A stretch of 64,000 nucleotides of DNA from Phoronis australis (GCA_002633005.1 NMRA01000673.1:91610-155609), one strand, 5' to 3'; counted from the stretch's first letter, positions 12,601 through 24,774 are shown. Notes: generated by a model not told the origin, from the letters alone. Numbers and translations: made by a program.

Positions 12601-15600
12601 GGTACAGTTACCGGGATTTTCCTTAATTAATAAGCACATGGGAGTGTAGTCGGAAAATGAACTTTTTTAGGCGTTTTGGTAACACCAAAATAAACGCCCG
12701 GGCGTTTATTCAGAAAAGGGGGGCTTGTGAACGGAAAGTCAGATTTTGCTGATTTTGACATCTTTACCTAAAACTGTAATTTTAAATTTCATGTTAAGAA
12801 ATGCGTGGTTCGCCAACAACTTGTTTGTTCTTGTAAACGACAAATGTTCCGAAAAACTGATTTTGAAACAAAAAGTTGACGCATTTAACAAGAAATTGTC
12901 CAAATAAACCCCATCCTCTTTGTTTGAACACTTGACACCAAAAGTTGTAACAATAAATAAACGCCCGAATAAACGCTCATGGACGTTTGATCGGGTATTG
13001 CTATCTGCGGTAAGTACCGGTACATATTTTCCCTAAACAGTGACGACTGCACACAGTTAAAATCTCGAACAAACATGATAGTATTTTGCAGTTAAATCAT
13101 TTTGGACCTTCGTGTTCGCGAATTGCAGTCACCTGCAGCTAACTTAGTGACTTCTATGTCACACAACAGGCAGCTTTTTCAAAACATTTAGTAAAAGCCC
13201 GAAGACTCCTAACGTAACTCACGTATAAGCTGTAGTGCATATCACTCTCAAGATCATATTCTACTTGCACAGAAGTCACACTTTTGTCGAAATTGTATGT
13301 TCTGTTGGGATTAATGTTATTCCACAGAATCTCCACAAACTGGTCACGGTCACTTCTTGATTGCTCGTGCGCAAACCCCATAGCATGACCGAGCTCATGA
13401 GCAATGATTCCAAGCTGAAATGCAGACACAATAGGATATACATGCAAGAGTATGTGGTGAGGAAGGTAGCGGTTGGCTGACGGGTTTGAGCTACCACTAA
13501 GTTTAACGAAATCCGCTGTTTAGCCTACAGCAGGCAATCCAGGAACATAAAACATGTGTTTGAAGTGGTTGCTGAACAGCCGCTGTTCTCAAATGCAGAG
13601 TATGTCGACTTCATTAAAACAGTGCTGCAGCTGTTTGTCACACAGGCACGTACCGCATTTCATTTTTGAAATAAATGGTGCAGGGCTAAAAATAACAAGA
13701 GCAAACGGTGTGCTTCTAGGGGTGTTTATTTGTATCATAAAAATGGCCAAAAATGGCGCAGAATATGTCGACTCCGTCGGAAAACGAAAACATGTCATAT
13801 TTTTTTTAACAGAAAGCGATTTACAAAATTTCATACAAGAGCAACGCGGAGCGTTGAAATGCGCCTACGAATGCATTGCAAATGGTGTGCTTTTAGGGTT
13901 ATTTATTTGTATAATAAAAATGGCCACTAGATGGCGCAAGAACATACAATCCATCCAAAAACAAGAACATATCATATTTCATAAAAATCTGTCAAAGAAC
14001 TTCAGAGAAACAAAGCGAAACAGAATAAAATGAAATTGCCACTAGTGGGCACAGTTTCCGTTGGATCCGCTTGAAAGTTGTCGTCATCGGTTATTATCTT
14101 CATATAAATACAATAACTAAATTAAGTTAAAGATCCTGCTGTGGGTTTAGGAGATACAACTATGGGCCCAAAACAAAACTACCACTAGGAGGCACCACAG
14201 TAGTCAGTCACCATCATCAAAGGTCGTCTTCACACTGAGACCATATATGCCAATTTTCAAATGATTTGGTTGATACAGGGGTGGACGCCGAAAACAAGAT
14301 TTGAAAACAACCAAAATGGCCAGAAGGTGGTGTAAAATACCTAGATTCCATCCAAAAGCAGGAAGATAGCGTCATCACACCAATAGATGCCTATATTTCA
14401 AATTTTATGAAAATCTGTTGAGGACCTTTGAAGATACAGAGTTAAACGTAAAAACTAAAATTGCCACTAGGGGGCATAGCAGTAGTCCGATCTGTCCAAA
14501 AGTCGTCGTCATCTGAATTCAACATCATATAAATACACTTGCTAAATTAAGTAAACATCCTGCGACCGGTTTTGGAGATACAGCCACAGGCGCAAACAAA
14601 CAAAAATGCCACTAGGAGGCGCCACGGTAGTCGAAATCGTCTTAAAATTATCGTCAACCGTCCTCTTTAAAATAAGCACATACATGCCATTTTTCACAAT
14701 CATCCTTTGAGAGGTTTGGTTGATAGAGGGGTGGACGCAAAAATGAGACTAAAAAGTAGTAAAAATGGCCACTAGGTGGCGCAAACTACGTCCAATCCAT
14801 CCGAAAACAAGAGTCAAGCGTCATCTCACTAATATGTGCCCACATACAAAATTTCATGAAAATCCGTTAAGGATTTTTGAAGATACAAAGGTAAGCGTAA
14901 AAAACTAAAATTGTCACTAAGGGGCCCACCAGTAGTCGGATCCGTTCGAAAATTCGCTCGTGCCGTCCCATTTATGAAAGGAACACATGTGCAAAATTTC
15001 ATGAACATACCTCAATTGGTTTTGGAGATAAAGCAGCGGACGCCGGACGCCGGCCGGACGGACGGACGGACGGACGGATGGACTTACGTACGGACGGACG
15101 GACGGACGCAGATGACTGCAAAATGGGTCCACATATAAATATGTGGACGCATAAAAAAGCCGTCAAGGAAATTCAGGGAAACAGGAGAAAATAAAATTGC
15201 CCCTAGGGTGCACTGCGTTAGTCGGATCCGTCTGAAAGTCGTTGTCGTCAGTTGCCAAGTTGATATAACAACATAAATACACTAGCTGAATTTAAAAAAA
15301 AGATCTTGCAATCGGTTTAGGAGATACAGCTATGTGCGCAATAACTGCAATATAGGAGGCGCCACAGTAGTCAACCGTCCTGTTCACTCCAAGAACATAT
15401 ATGTCAATTGCTTTTCACAATCATGGTTGTGGTTTGGTTGATAGATGGACAGACGCAATTTGTCATCCGTCGTCTGCTTCATAGGAACTCATCTGCCATA
15501 TCTTATCAGTATACTGTGAGGTCTTTAGCATATACATGTACAGCTCCGGAGTCTGGACGCCCACACACACACACACGGCAATATGAAATCACATATAAAT

Positions 15601-18600
15601 ATGTATCCACATAAAGAATTTCATTGGAAATTAAATGCGATCCCATTCTATTTGTTTAACCACTAAAACTAAGAAAAGCTTTGGCGTTACACAAAGCTCT
15701 GTTTTTATTTAAACGAAATGCAGTGTATATTCGTTGCCTCTAAATTTCCAAAGAAAACAGTTAATCAAAAACACACGAGCCCGTGGCTTTTAGACAGATA
15801 ACGCATGACCAGCGGTAACGCAGTGCGTGCACATGATAGACAAGTTATATAATATAGAAGAGTAAACGGATTAACTTTTACAATTCGTTCTATGACTACT
15901 CAACAATTAACGACATAATTTTTGAAAATAGTATGCCGCAGGTCCTTGAAGCTTAATACACGGCAAAACTTGTTATAAGTGTGATGCAGTCAACTTACAG
16001 ATATGCAGCCGTTTTCAGCCAACGTGACAGATTGACCGCCGCTTGGTGAGAGTTTACCAATATATGACGAGCAGCTGCAAGAACATTTTAACAACTTTTC
16101 ATTAATTCACTGATGTCTTTTGTGAGATGGCATTTACATGAAATTTCCAAACGGGTTTAGAAAATTAGACTCTCTTTTTTGCCATGATGCACTTATAATT
16201 CGACAACTAGGCGCTGTTCTACCTAATAATCCAGTTGATCTAGGTATTCCGCGCATTCATTCACAAGTTTTTCTGTAACCAAACAGGGTCATCACGGCAA
16301 AATTCTGCAGACGTCATTGTTTAGATTGGCTTTGCCTGAACAAGTTAACGCATTGCCGATAATACGTACATTTACGGCTGAATCATGAGTAGCGGCATAA
16401 TTCTGCGTAATTTTCAGCTAAATGGGACTCTCCACGAGACAAAAAGGCATTACGTCGCATCTCAAGCTAATGCTATAAATTAGAGATACACACTACGACG
16501 GTTACCCAATCACATCAATAGTTCAATTCGCAAAATTCAACAAAAGTTTTTTTTTTTAATTTTGATTATTACTCCACAGCACCTGTGAACTATGGTGATC
16601 AACCAGGTTTTATTTTCTGCAGCAGATAGTAATTGGTAATTTTCCAGTTGACCATATATAACTTCCTCAATGCGATGATGTCACATTTTCTATCCTTACG
16701 GTTGCACTGAACAGTTAGACTGCGGCTCGGACCAATTCGCTGTGCCAAAATATTAAGCTGCAGGGATAGGCCGTTCTTGACGGCAGTTTTTAGGTACACG
16801 TAGGCATTGCACGTAGACTCGGTGAATATGGTTTGTTTGTAGTTTTGAACATCTGGGGAATGAAAAAAGACCACTTGCTCAGATGTAGCTGCACTCTTCT
16901 TTTTGAAGATGGCGACTCCCTTTGTCAATTGTGCATTGCTGGGTAGCGACTGAGAAATTGGGTGCGACTACAGGTAGCCTTCAGACAATCCAGAATTGCA
17001 AAAAAAAAACTATTTTGTTGACATTACTTTTGGACTACATTTTTGGAATTGGTAGAGTATTTGTTTTGAGAATCTAAAGGTGATTTTTTTCCTGCACCGA
17101 CAGGGAAGTAATGGTTTGTGGTTGATCTTGCGTTTTTGGCCATCTTTTCATAACCTACCTTGCCTTTCTGTAGGAGTGAAAGGGCTAAAGATACAGGACA
17201 TAATAAAGCTTCTGTGCTCATCAGTAGGGCTTTTTGGTGTGAAAGCACAGAAAACGTCCAATTACTTACATAGGGGTGTTCGACAGATTGAAGGTGACCA
17301 ACTTAGTGCTGTGTTTTGCGGTACTGCACAATTTGTTGGTGCACAGAGTCTGGTTGGCGGTAGTGTGCCCTAACTTGATGTTCAGTCCCAGCTGCGAGTC
17401 TAAGTCGAGCTTCAATACCATGGGACTATGAATGATCCAAACATTGGCCAATTGAATAGCAAGCCCCTTAAAACACAGCACCTTTTTTACTGGTTCGTAG
17501 ACTTACATTGCACACAATTGATATCTGTATTTAGAAAGAAGGGCATTGAATTTAGTTACCACGTTCTACAGGTACATAGGTATGTTTTTTTCTAGAAGGC
17601 ATCTGTGAACAAGGCAGCTTGGTCCGAGTCCAATGCATGCTCCTATACTCAGATAAGATTGCTTGCCAGCACATGATGTGTGCATGTACTACAACGCAAT
17701 GGTGCTGACCACAAGGCAGAAATACAAATGTAAAGTTGAGATTGGAGGCTTAACGAAATTTGTACATGTAAATATCGTTGTTTAAACAAATATAAGACCT
17801 TACCCTCTTCCATTGCCGATTTTCAAATAATGAGATTCCGTTGTTCTCCGAGGAAATCGTAGACAAGTCTCATTCTCCCAATGCTCGATTGCCTCTTCGA
17901 TTTTTGCATTCGTGGTGCTCTGCTGAAAAGGTCTCGTCGTGTCATAGTCCCAGGGTACCACGCCGTTCGGCCAATACGAAACCCATGATGCCTGAGATGC
18001 TTTTCGCTTGGATATTTGGTCAAACTACAAGAAACATAATTACATGTCACACGTAACTTTCGTGCCGGTTTATTTTAAACCAATCTTGGAAAATGTGTTT
18101 TCAGGCAATAAGCTACACCAATACGCACAGTTTTGGAAATTGTTCAGTTTCGTTTGTTTATTTTATAAACAACAGCAATCGATAGACATAATTTATCGGT
18201 ACACGTACTCCATCGATACACGAACTGTTATTCAAAAATACAGGCGGACTCTTCACCAAGGAGCTGTTCACTAAGAATTGCAAAAATGATAGACCTATAG
18301 AGACTAATGTGCCGTTATATGAGACGGCAATGCAAAAAACGTTATAATATATTTAACTTAAAAGTTTCTCAGAAAAACATGTTCCCCACCGGAGAATTAA
18401 TTTCATAAGTTACAACATAAAGAAATTGCTACCTCATCTCCAGGCTTTTCACTTTCCAGTCCAAGTATGACCTTCTGAACATGCGTTAATATTACGTCTT
18501 CACCTTTCTCATCAGGGTTCACGCTATGGGAGACGGGCTTCTGAAAATAAAACCGATTTAAAAGCAACTCCAGCTCAAAATCGTAATTTTGAATATTCGA

Positions 18601-21600
18601 ACTACCATTGGCTGAGACTCTCTCATAACATTCAACGTTTTAGTTGTTCTTATCTAAGCACGGTAACCAAGCTCTTCCATTTTTTTAATAGAGAGCCACG
18701 CGTTTGGGTCCGGAAGTACCCTAAAAGTACATTGTATGACCAAACACTACTTCCGTTTGAACATACAGAGAGTAATTCACGTCAATTGGGTGTCTAAGTA
18801 ATTAAAAAATAACAGAAGTGGTCTTTTACCCTCGTTAGCGTGGAATACGGTAAGTTACCGAAGTGCTCGGTAAGCATTAATCAGCATTTCGATTGCCACA
18901 CCTTAAGTCAACTGAAATGTCGTAAGAGGGTTCCAACCGAGTTGTTTTGTTCTATCAGAAGACAATGGTCACTTTTAGACGGCATCTTTGAAATTGTGTT
19001 CGGAATCTTTAATCTTCTTTTCCTGTCCCATCACACTATCAGCATTCACTTATTTTTACCAGTTTCTAGTTTCAGATATTCACAACTAAAAGAAAATTTT
19101 ATAGGTAAAACACCATGCATGTACCCGCATATATATGTATTCGCATTTTACAGTCTATTCACAAAAATGGAATATTTAATTCAGGTATTTTGTAAACAAC
19201 TGAATGCACATTGGTAGCTAGTTTCTTGTGACATTTTTTCGCCACGTTGTCAAAAAGTGGTTATATTCTAATCTAACTTCTTGGCTTTCATCATCAAAGA
19301 TTAAGGAATTGTGTCACAATTTTCGGAACAACATATTGCGCGGTATTGTTCAAGCACAGTGATTTCACTTAGTGGCATATTCCAATAGGACTGCCCACGG
19401 GAACAGAATTTTCCAAATGTCATTTACCTTTTCACTCCCAGTCTTTTCCACAAGAATTTGCCTCTCATGCTCGCCCTCTGACGCCACCTGTAAGTGTAAG
19501 TTCAAAATTGCTAAAATTGATATGCCACAGTTAGGTACAGTATGAGTACTGATATCCGCTTTTTAACTAAGGCGGGACAGCCTAGTAAGTACGCAATGTT
19601 TACCCAGAGGCGCTCTCGTTGTTTTGGTCACGTAAGGCGCATGGACTAAGAGAAAATGCCAAAGGACATATCTTATTGAAAGCTTGCCAATGGAAACAAA
19701 CCTACAGGAACGCCCATCTTCGTTATATGTATATATATCCAAGCGGAATCGTTGTACAGTGTAGGTGGAGATGCATTAAACTAAGGAGAGGAGAGAAAAA
19801 AGCAGGCACCACTTAAAGAACACATGCGTTAGAGGGCAGCATCTGCTTCCACTGATCAGGACCAAGTATACACCTGTGACATGCGCACTTTCAAAGACAG
19901 GTGTTTACGAAGTTTGCCTGTTCTGCAACAATTTTGGTAAATCAGCATTTTGGTTGAAGTATTTAAGGTTGAGTAGGACCTTATCGTCAAGTCTGTATTT
20001 GGCCAAATCTCTTCAAAACTGTGCACTTCAGCTTCCAAAAAGTACCTACTTAATTCATATACATATACGTGTTCCCATACCCATATCTATACAAATGTTT
20101 TTCTCATACGCGTTGAATCAGTCGAGTGCAATACGGCAAATTAATAATGTTTTCCGTATTTACCTCCCGTACTACTTCAACAGTGACCTCTGACATGGAT
20201 AGTTCAAAAGTTAGGTCAATGTCGACCCACTTCGTTAGCCGGTTCGACCATCAAACTTCCCGAAAATGGTTTAAAGTAATACAATTGTTGCAGTGTAAAT
20301 AACCGTAAACATGCAATCAAGTCTAAATCGTAACATCTGGAACAGGACTGGTAATTATATGACAGTTCTGTCTCAGTTTTCAACTGCCAAGTATTAAATC
20401 GTCTGCAACTAAGGCGCCGATTCCTCGGTAACTACAATATCACATATTGTTGTTGTTTAACTATTTTCATGAGTTGTTACAGGTTCAGTGCACAGTCACC
20501 GTTGTTTTCATCTGTGTTATCTCTTATCAAATAATAAATCGTTACATTTAAAACTGTTTCTTTTACTACATAAAATTTACAACGTGATGCGTAAGTACAT
20601 GTACATGAAGGATGTGGCCCCCCACGTGAAAGTCTTAGTGTTGTATTAAAAAAATCTGCCGAAAAATGAAGGAAACTTAGGAATTCGAAGCGAATAGGAT
20701 AAATATCACGATCGGTGTGGATGAAGAAATATCCTACTCGACATTATAATGTCTCGTGGGACATTACTTCTGTAATCATCTACTCCACTCTCGTTGCGTT
20801 TTGTGAATATATTTTTACGGTACACCTGTCGAATGGTCAAATCTTGGAGTCCCCTAAAGGCTCCACAGAATATATTTTGAACGCTTCACCCAAGCACCAG
20901 AAGCCAGTTGTTTTATTAGTTTCGTCCTGACAGGTATCAGTGCTAAAAAAGCAATGCACTTTACCTCCGTTCTTTTTGCGTGATCAATTTTTTCCAATTC
21001 TTCTCCCAAGCGCTCTGTTTCCTTTTCGCTTATTTCTTCTTCATCCATGGAAGACCATTCTCGAAATTCTTCCAAAAGTTTATTTTCCGCTAATTTCTCG
21101 GAAACATCTTCACCTTCACTTCCCTGAAAAGTATTATGAATAATTGCCGTCTCAAGCACTGGCGGGACACCCAATGCATAATGCAAATATTATTGCTGGT
21201 GAGATTACGATTAACTATTGCGCCTATGAAACCAATAGGAGGAAATTGAAACTACGCAGGATGGCAAAGAGTAAGCACAACACAAAGTATTTAATATTGT
21301 GCCCGCATTTCACAGCAAACGCTATATTTCTAAGTATTCTTGTAAATTAATTCCATGTGTATCTAAGTATGTAAGGTACAAGGAGGCAAAATTTGATCAC
21401 AAAAAGAAGCTGCAATGGTCAGAATTATCAGAAAGTTGTTGGTGTCTCAAATTCAACTAACATCAAATCAAAACAATAAGAAATAACGTTGCAAGAAAGA
21501 TAATGAACGTGATGCAAAGGGACACAACACTAGGCATACAAACTGACAGGTCTAGTCTTACGCCTTTTCGTCAGCAGAAAACTTGAGGTATGACAGATAC

Positions 21601-24113
21601 AAAGCAAGACAGAAACTAATATAACAGACCCGTGTGGATTCGGCTCAACACTGGTAGTTGTCATGACAAGCCTAAAACATAAAACGGTCGCTAGAGGACA
21701 CATCTAAAGTCTGAAACTCGTCGTCATTCTTATCATCTACATAGGAACATATCTGTCACACTATGCAAAGGTCCTCCAAAGAGTTAAAAGAGATACATAC
21801 GTGGACGCCAACAAAATGCCATTAGGGTTAGCCACAGAAGTCGATTTTGTCTGAAAATAAGTATCAGCTGCGGTCTTTTCATCAGTAAAACATATTCCAA
21901 TTTCCACAATTTTCTTCTGAGCGCTTGGGCGGATGGGAAGGTGGACATTCAAAACACTCATTTTTGTAACTTGTCACCAAGTGACTCGGAATATGGCAAA
22001 TACGTAAGAAAATAAAAAAGCGTCATCGTCTATTTACAGAAGCCTATGTGCTAAATTTCATGAAAATTTATCAAAGAACTCGGAAGATACAGATGCAAAC
22101 GTAGAAAACTTCTGCTAAGAGAAACACCTGTAGTCTCATTGGTCTGAAAATCGCCGTCATCCTTACCATCTTCATAGGAACATATTTGTCACACTATACA
22201 AAGATCTTTCAAAGAGTTAAGGGTATACATGTACATCAGTGGACGCAAAATGCCACAATAGTCGTACCTGTCTGACAATATGTGTTAGCTGCGGACTTTC
22301 ATCAGGAAAACATCTTCCAATACTCATATTTATTCTCTGAACTCTTCGGACGTCAAAAAACTACTCAATTTTTAACTTGCCACCAGGTGGTGCGGAATAC
22401 GTCAAATGCGTTCGAAAACAGAAGACGCCATCGTCTCTTTAGAAAAAACCTACACGCTACATATCATGAAAACCTATCAAGGAACTCGGCAGATACAGAA
22501 ACAAACGTAAAAAATAAAACTGTCACTTGGTTGCATACCTGTGGTGGGATGGGTATAAAATTCGTAGTCATCCATTATCATCTACATACATAGGAAAATA
22601 TCTGACAAATTTCACAAATATCCTCCAAACAATTGTAGCTGCGTATCCAAAACCAAAAAACATGTCACTAGAAATCCAGTGCCAGTCGTGTACTTTTCAT
22701 CACGTGAACATCTGCCAATTTTCATAATGATCCTTTGAGCAGTTTATCGGAAAGAAAGTTGAACGTTAAAATGTACAGCCAGCAGGTGGTGCAGAATACA
22801 CCAGATACTCGGAAAACAGTAAGGCGTCATCGCATCTATGATAGAAACCATTTTGCTAAGTTTCGAGCAATTTCATCAACTGTAGGAACTTCAAAAATAC
22901 AGTGGCAAACATAAAAAGTAGATTTGAGTATAAGTGGCAGAGCGATAGTAGAATAGATCCGAACCTCGTTTTAGTCTGTCTTCAGTTTAATAGGAACACA
23001 TCTGTCATATCACATGATCCTTCAAGGGGTTTATTAGATGAGGACACGGGACGCAAGGACGCCCGCCGGACGCTCAGGCATAGATGAAAGCAATATGCAT
23101 ACATGTACTTGCACTCATATAAATATTTGGGTGCATAAAAATGGCATTATAGGGTATAGCAGTTAGCTAGATATTCCAAAATGTCGTTGTCAATCGTTGT
23201 CACGTTCACGAAAATACACTTGTCAACTTTCACGAAGATTCTGCTGAGTTTTAGGCTTGGTTTCATAAAAATAAGTCATAATAATCCAAATATACGGAAT
23301 AAATCGGAAAATATAAAGCTGCCACTTGGGGTAAAATTGGTACTTGTATCCGTCCAAAGAACTATCATCATCATAGCCTTTTTAATAATACACTTGCCAA
23401 GTTTAACAAAGATCCTGCAGAGGGCTTAGAGATAAATCCCTAGACGCACGAAAACAAAAGTGTGCTTACGAAGCACCACAGTAGGCTCAGCCGTCCAAAA
23501 GTCGACGCTAGTCGTCCTCTTAACAGTAGGAACATACAGTATAAGCCAATTATATCTTCCTTAGATTGGTTTAGCTGATCCTTGGTATAAACAGACTCGA
23601 AAACAATAACAATTATTACAAAGTGTAGCGCAAGAATTCAAATCCATCTCAAAACGGCATGTTTGTGTCATCTGACTAATAAACAAATATCTGTCTAATT
23701 TTGTGAAAATCCGTTAAGGAACTCCAAAGATACAGAGGTAAACATTAAAAAGCATTATATTGTAACTAGGGGCCACATCGGAAGCCCGATCTATCCCAAA
23801 TTTCGGCCATGCCTATCCATTGATAAAGAGAGAAAAATATACAAAATTACATGTACATGTACATACTTCCAAGAGATTTGGAGATATAGGATCGGACGCC
23901 GTACGAATGGACGGACGGACAGCAGGGATGTACCTGTCTAACACTTTATTTTACCTCGTTTTTCCTAACGTTATCGAACTCTTGCAATTCTTCTAATATA
24001 TCCTTAATTTCCTTTTCCTGCTTTTCTTCCCCATCAAAAGAGGACCAGTTTCGAATGTCTGGCTCAAGCTGGTCTTCTTCTGAATTCCTGGTAACGTCAT
24101 CGAGCTGAACGTT
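2156..24113 (-). CDS. Astacin-family (M12A) zinc metalloprotease, SpAN/blastula protease 10-like; prodomain-astacin-EGF-CUB-EGF-MAM (spliced, partial at both ends)
   Basis: Exons in transcript order: 23955-24113, 20965-21123, 19428-19487, 18433-18540, 17804-18024, 15999-16074, 13223-13414, 12006-12132, 11659-11781, 10941-11059, 8567-8697, 5093-5241, 4517-4627, 3685-3773, 3002-3134, 2156-2331. All have AG/GT boundaries and matching phases, giving one open frame with HELGHAMGFAHEQSRSDRD and the Met-turn SDMHY. Signal-peptide exon and last MAM exon not identified. Confidence 0.92.
3002..3134 (-). CDS. Astacin gene exon, MAM domain part 2
   Basis: GGTPTWGTGPSAYNPAHSSGYIYAEASYPRNPGDVAVLQTPFIE; MAM TGP..GY.Y.EAS motif; phase 0/1. 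Confidence 0.9.
3685..3773 (-). CDS. Astacin gene exon, MAM domain start
   Basis: TSVTCNFDDSKLCAWGQSKDDQFDWVPRQ; C-x-F-D..C.W.Q...D.FDW. Confidence 0.9.
4517..4627 (-). CDS. Astacin gene exon, second EGF-like domain
   Basis: DPCLKCPSRTTCSLAGPQPTCECWAGLQGTHCD, six Cys, phase 1/1. Confidence 0.85.
5093..5241 (-). CDS. Astacin gene exon, CUB domain C-terminal part
   Basis: YCGHMEQ...MMLVFDTHGGGSSSKGFSFTARAI; CUB YCG and KGF motifs. Confidence 0.88.
6502..6690. repeat. (CTG/TTG)n compound trinucleotide microsatellite in an astacin intron
   Basis: Pure (CTG) run about 6562-6622 flanked by variant triplets. Confidence 0.95.
8567..8697 (-). CDS. Astacin gene exon, CUB domain middle part
   Basis: GPQETDSGIIVTFDDFEVFDDAAIDNCVHSLEI. 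Confidence 0.88.
10941..11059 (-). CDS. Astacin gene exon, CUB domain start
   Basis: YPECGGVYNLGTEGEMVKIVSPGYPNNYPLNKKCVYVIR (CGG...SPGYP..Y...C); absent from the ORF track. Confidence 0.92.
11659..11781 (-). CDS. Astacin gene exon, first EGF-like domain
   Basis: DCTDVCFNHGYPFKSASGACGCKCPRGLTGDC. Confidence 0.9.
12006..12132 (-). CDS. Astacin gene exon, protease domain C-terminus
   Basis: AFNINGLPTI...GSRNGLTFYDAKMANLVYNC, matching the astacin AF..NG.PTI / G.R.GL...D....N..Y.C pattern. Confidence 0.93.
13223..13414 (-). CDS. Astacin gene exon, zinc-binding active site
   Basis: HELGHAMGFAHEQSRSDRD (HExxHxxGxxHExxRxDRD) and YDLESDMHY. Confidence 0.97.
13694..15614 (-). mobile_element. HINE-like element (13835-15158) nested in an older copy of the same family
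   Basis: Same termini as at 157/1524, GGAC microsatellite at about 15055-15107, internal ~145-bp diverged repeats; outer copy 13694-13834 resumes at 15159. Confidence 0.82.
15999..16074 (-). CDS. Astacin gene exon, GC-x-S-Y-I-G segment
   Basis: GCSSYIGKLSPSGGQSVTLAENGCIS; phase 2/0; absent from the ORF track. Confidence 0.92.
17804..18024 (-). CDS. Astacin gene exon, activation site and protease N-terminus
   Basis: FDQISKRKASQASWVSYWPNGVVPWDY...IEEAIEHWENETCLRF; basic KR site followed by WPNGVVP. Confidence 0.93.
18433..18540 (-). CDS. Astacin prodomain exon with Asp-switch-like GEDVILT
   Basis: KPVSHSVNPDEKGEDVILTHVQKVILGLESEKPGDE; 108 nt, phase 0/0. Confidence 0.8.
19428..19487 (-). CDS. 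Astacin prodomain exon
   Basis: VASEGEHERQILVEKTGSEK; 60 nt, phase 0/0, cag/gtaaat. Confidence 0.7.
20965..21123 (-). CDS. Astacin prodomain acidic exon (159-nt repeat unit 2)
   Basis: GSEGEDVSEKLAENKLLEEFREWSSMDEEEISEKETERLGEELEKIDHAKRTE; phase 0/0. Confidence 0.78.
21690..23925 (-). mobile_element. Degenerate HINE-like copies
   Basis: Decayed subunits (cgccatcgtc...atttcatgaaaa...gaagatacaga), terminal hairpin remnant gcactcatataaatatttgggtgcataaaa near 23111-23140, ggacggacgg near 23909; boundaries approximate. Confidence 0.65.
23955..24113 (-). CDS. Astacin prodomain acidic exon (159-nt repeat unit 1)
   Basis: NVQLDDVTRNSEEDQLEPDIRNWSSFDGEEKQEKEIKDILEELQEFDNVRKNE; phase 0/0; same length and motif as 20965-21123. 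Confidence 0.75.
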
Positions 24114-24774
24114 CTGCAAATAAATTGGTGTAGTTTCCAGTTTTACTGAACAGCGGAGTACGTTTTATAGAGATAGTCATTACACAATTGCTTGAACTAT
24201 AACAAGATGATCGATTTTCTGATCGGTCTACCATATTAGTCAAACTCTGCAAGTAGGTTTATTTCAAAAATTCAGGTTAATGTGATTCACAGCAGGTTTT
24301 CACCCGGTTTTGACAAAACACGGCTGAGCCCGCTGAACAGGAGTGTAATGCTCCAAATGATTAGTGACCACATTTCTTCTTACCGTTAGAACGCACTTTG
24401 GGAATCAGTCACGAGAACACATTCTAACGCCTGTTATTGGTTTTCCTTGCCTCAAATATGTTAGTATAGATGGAATACGCCACAATTTTGTATGAATAAG
24501 GAAACATCTCTAACAAAACGTATCAATAATACGTAAACGCTTTCCACTTGTGACCGCAGTCAAAGGTAGGCCTACATGTATGTCGAGAGCCAGCACATCA
24601 GTGACGAATCATTGACTGACTATAAAAATAGCCTGGTAACCAGACATGCATGAATAAGACAGTAGGGATTAAAAAGTGTCCTATCGCAAAGCCGGCTGAA
24701 ATTAACAGGGCAACAAGCGATCATATGGAAGCGTACGGTGGCTACAACATCCCACAGGCTCCACATCAGCCCCA

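Noticed and set aside
13554-15138. ORFs inside HINE copies (also 1281-1595, 24702-26331)
   Set aside because: Chance frames in repeats and GGAC microsatellite; not conserved between copies.
13835-15158. CRISPR-like regularly spaced repeat interpretation
   Set aside because: The spacers are homologous to each other (tandem monomers), the context is eukaryotic, and there are no cas genes.
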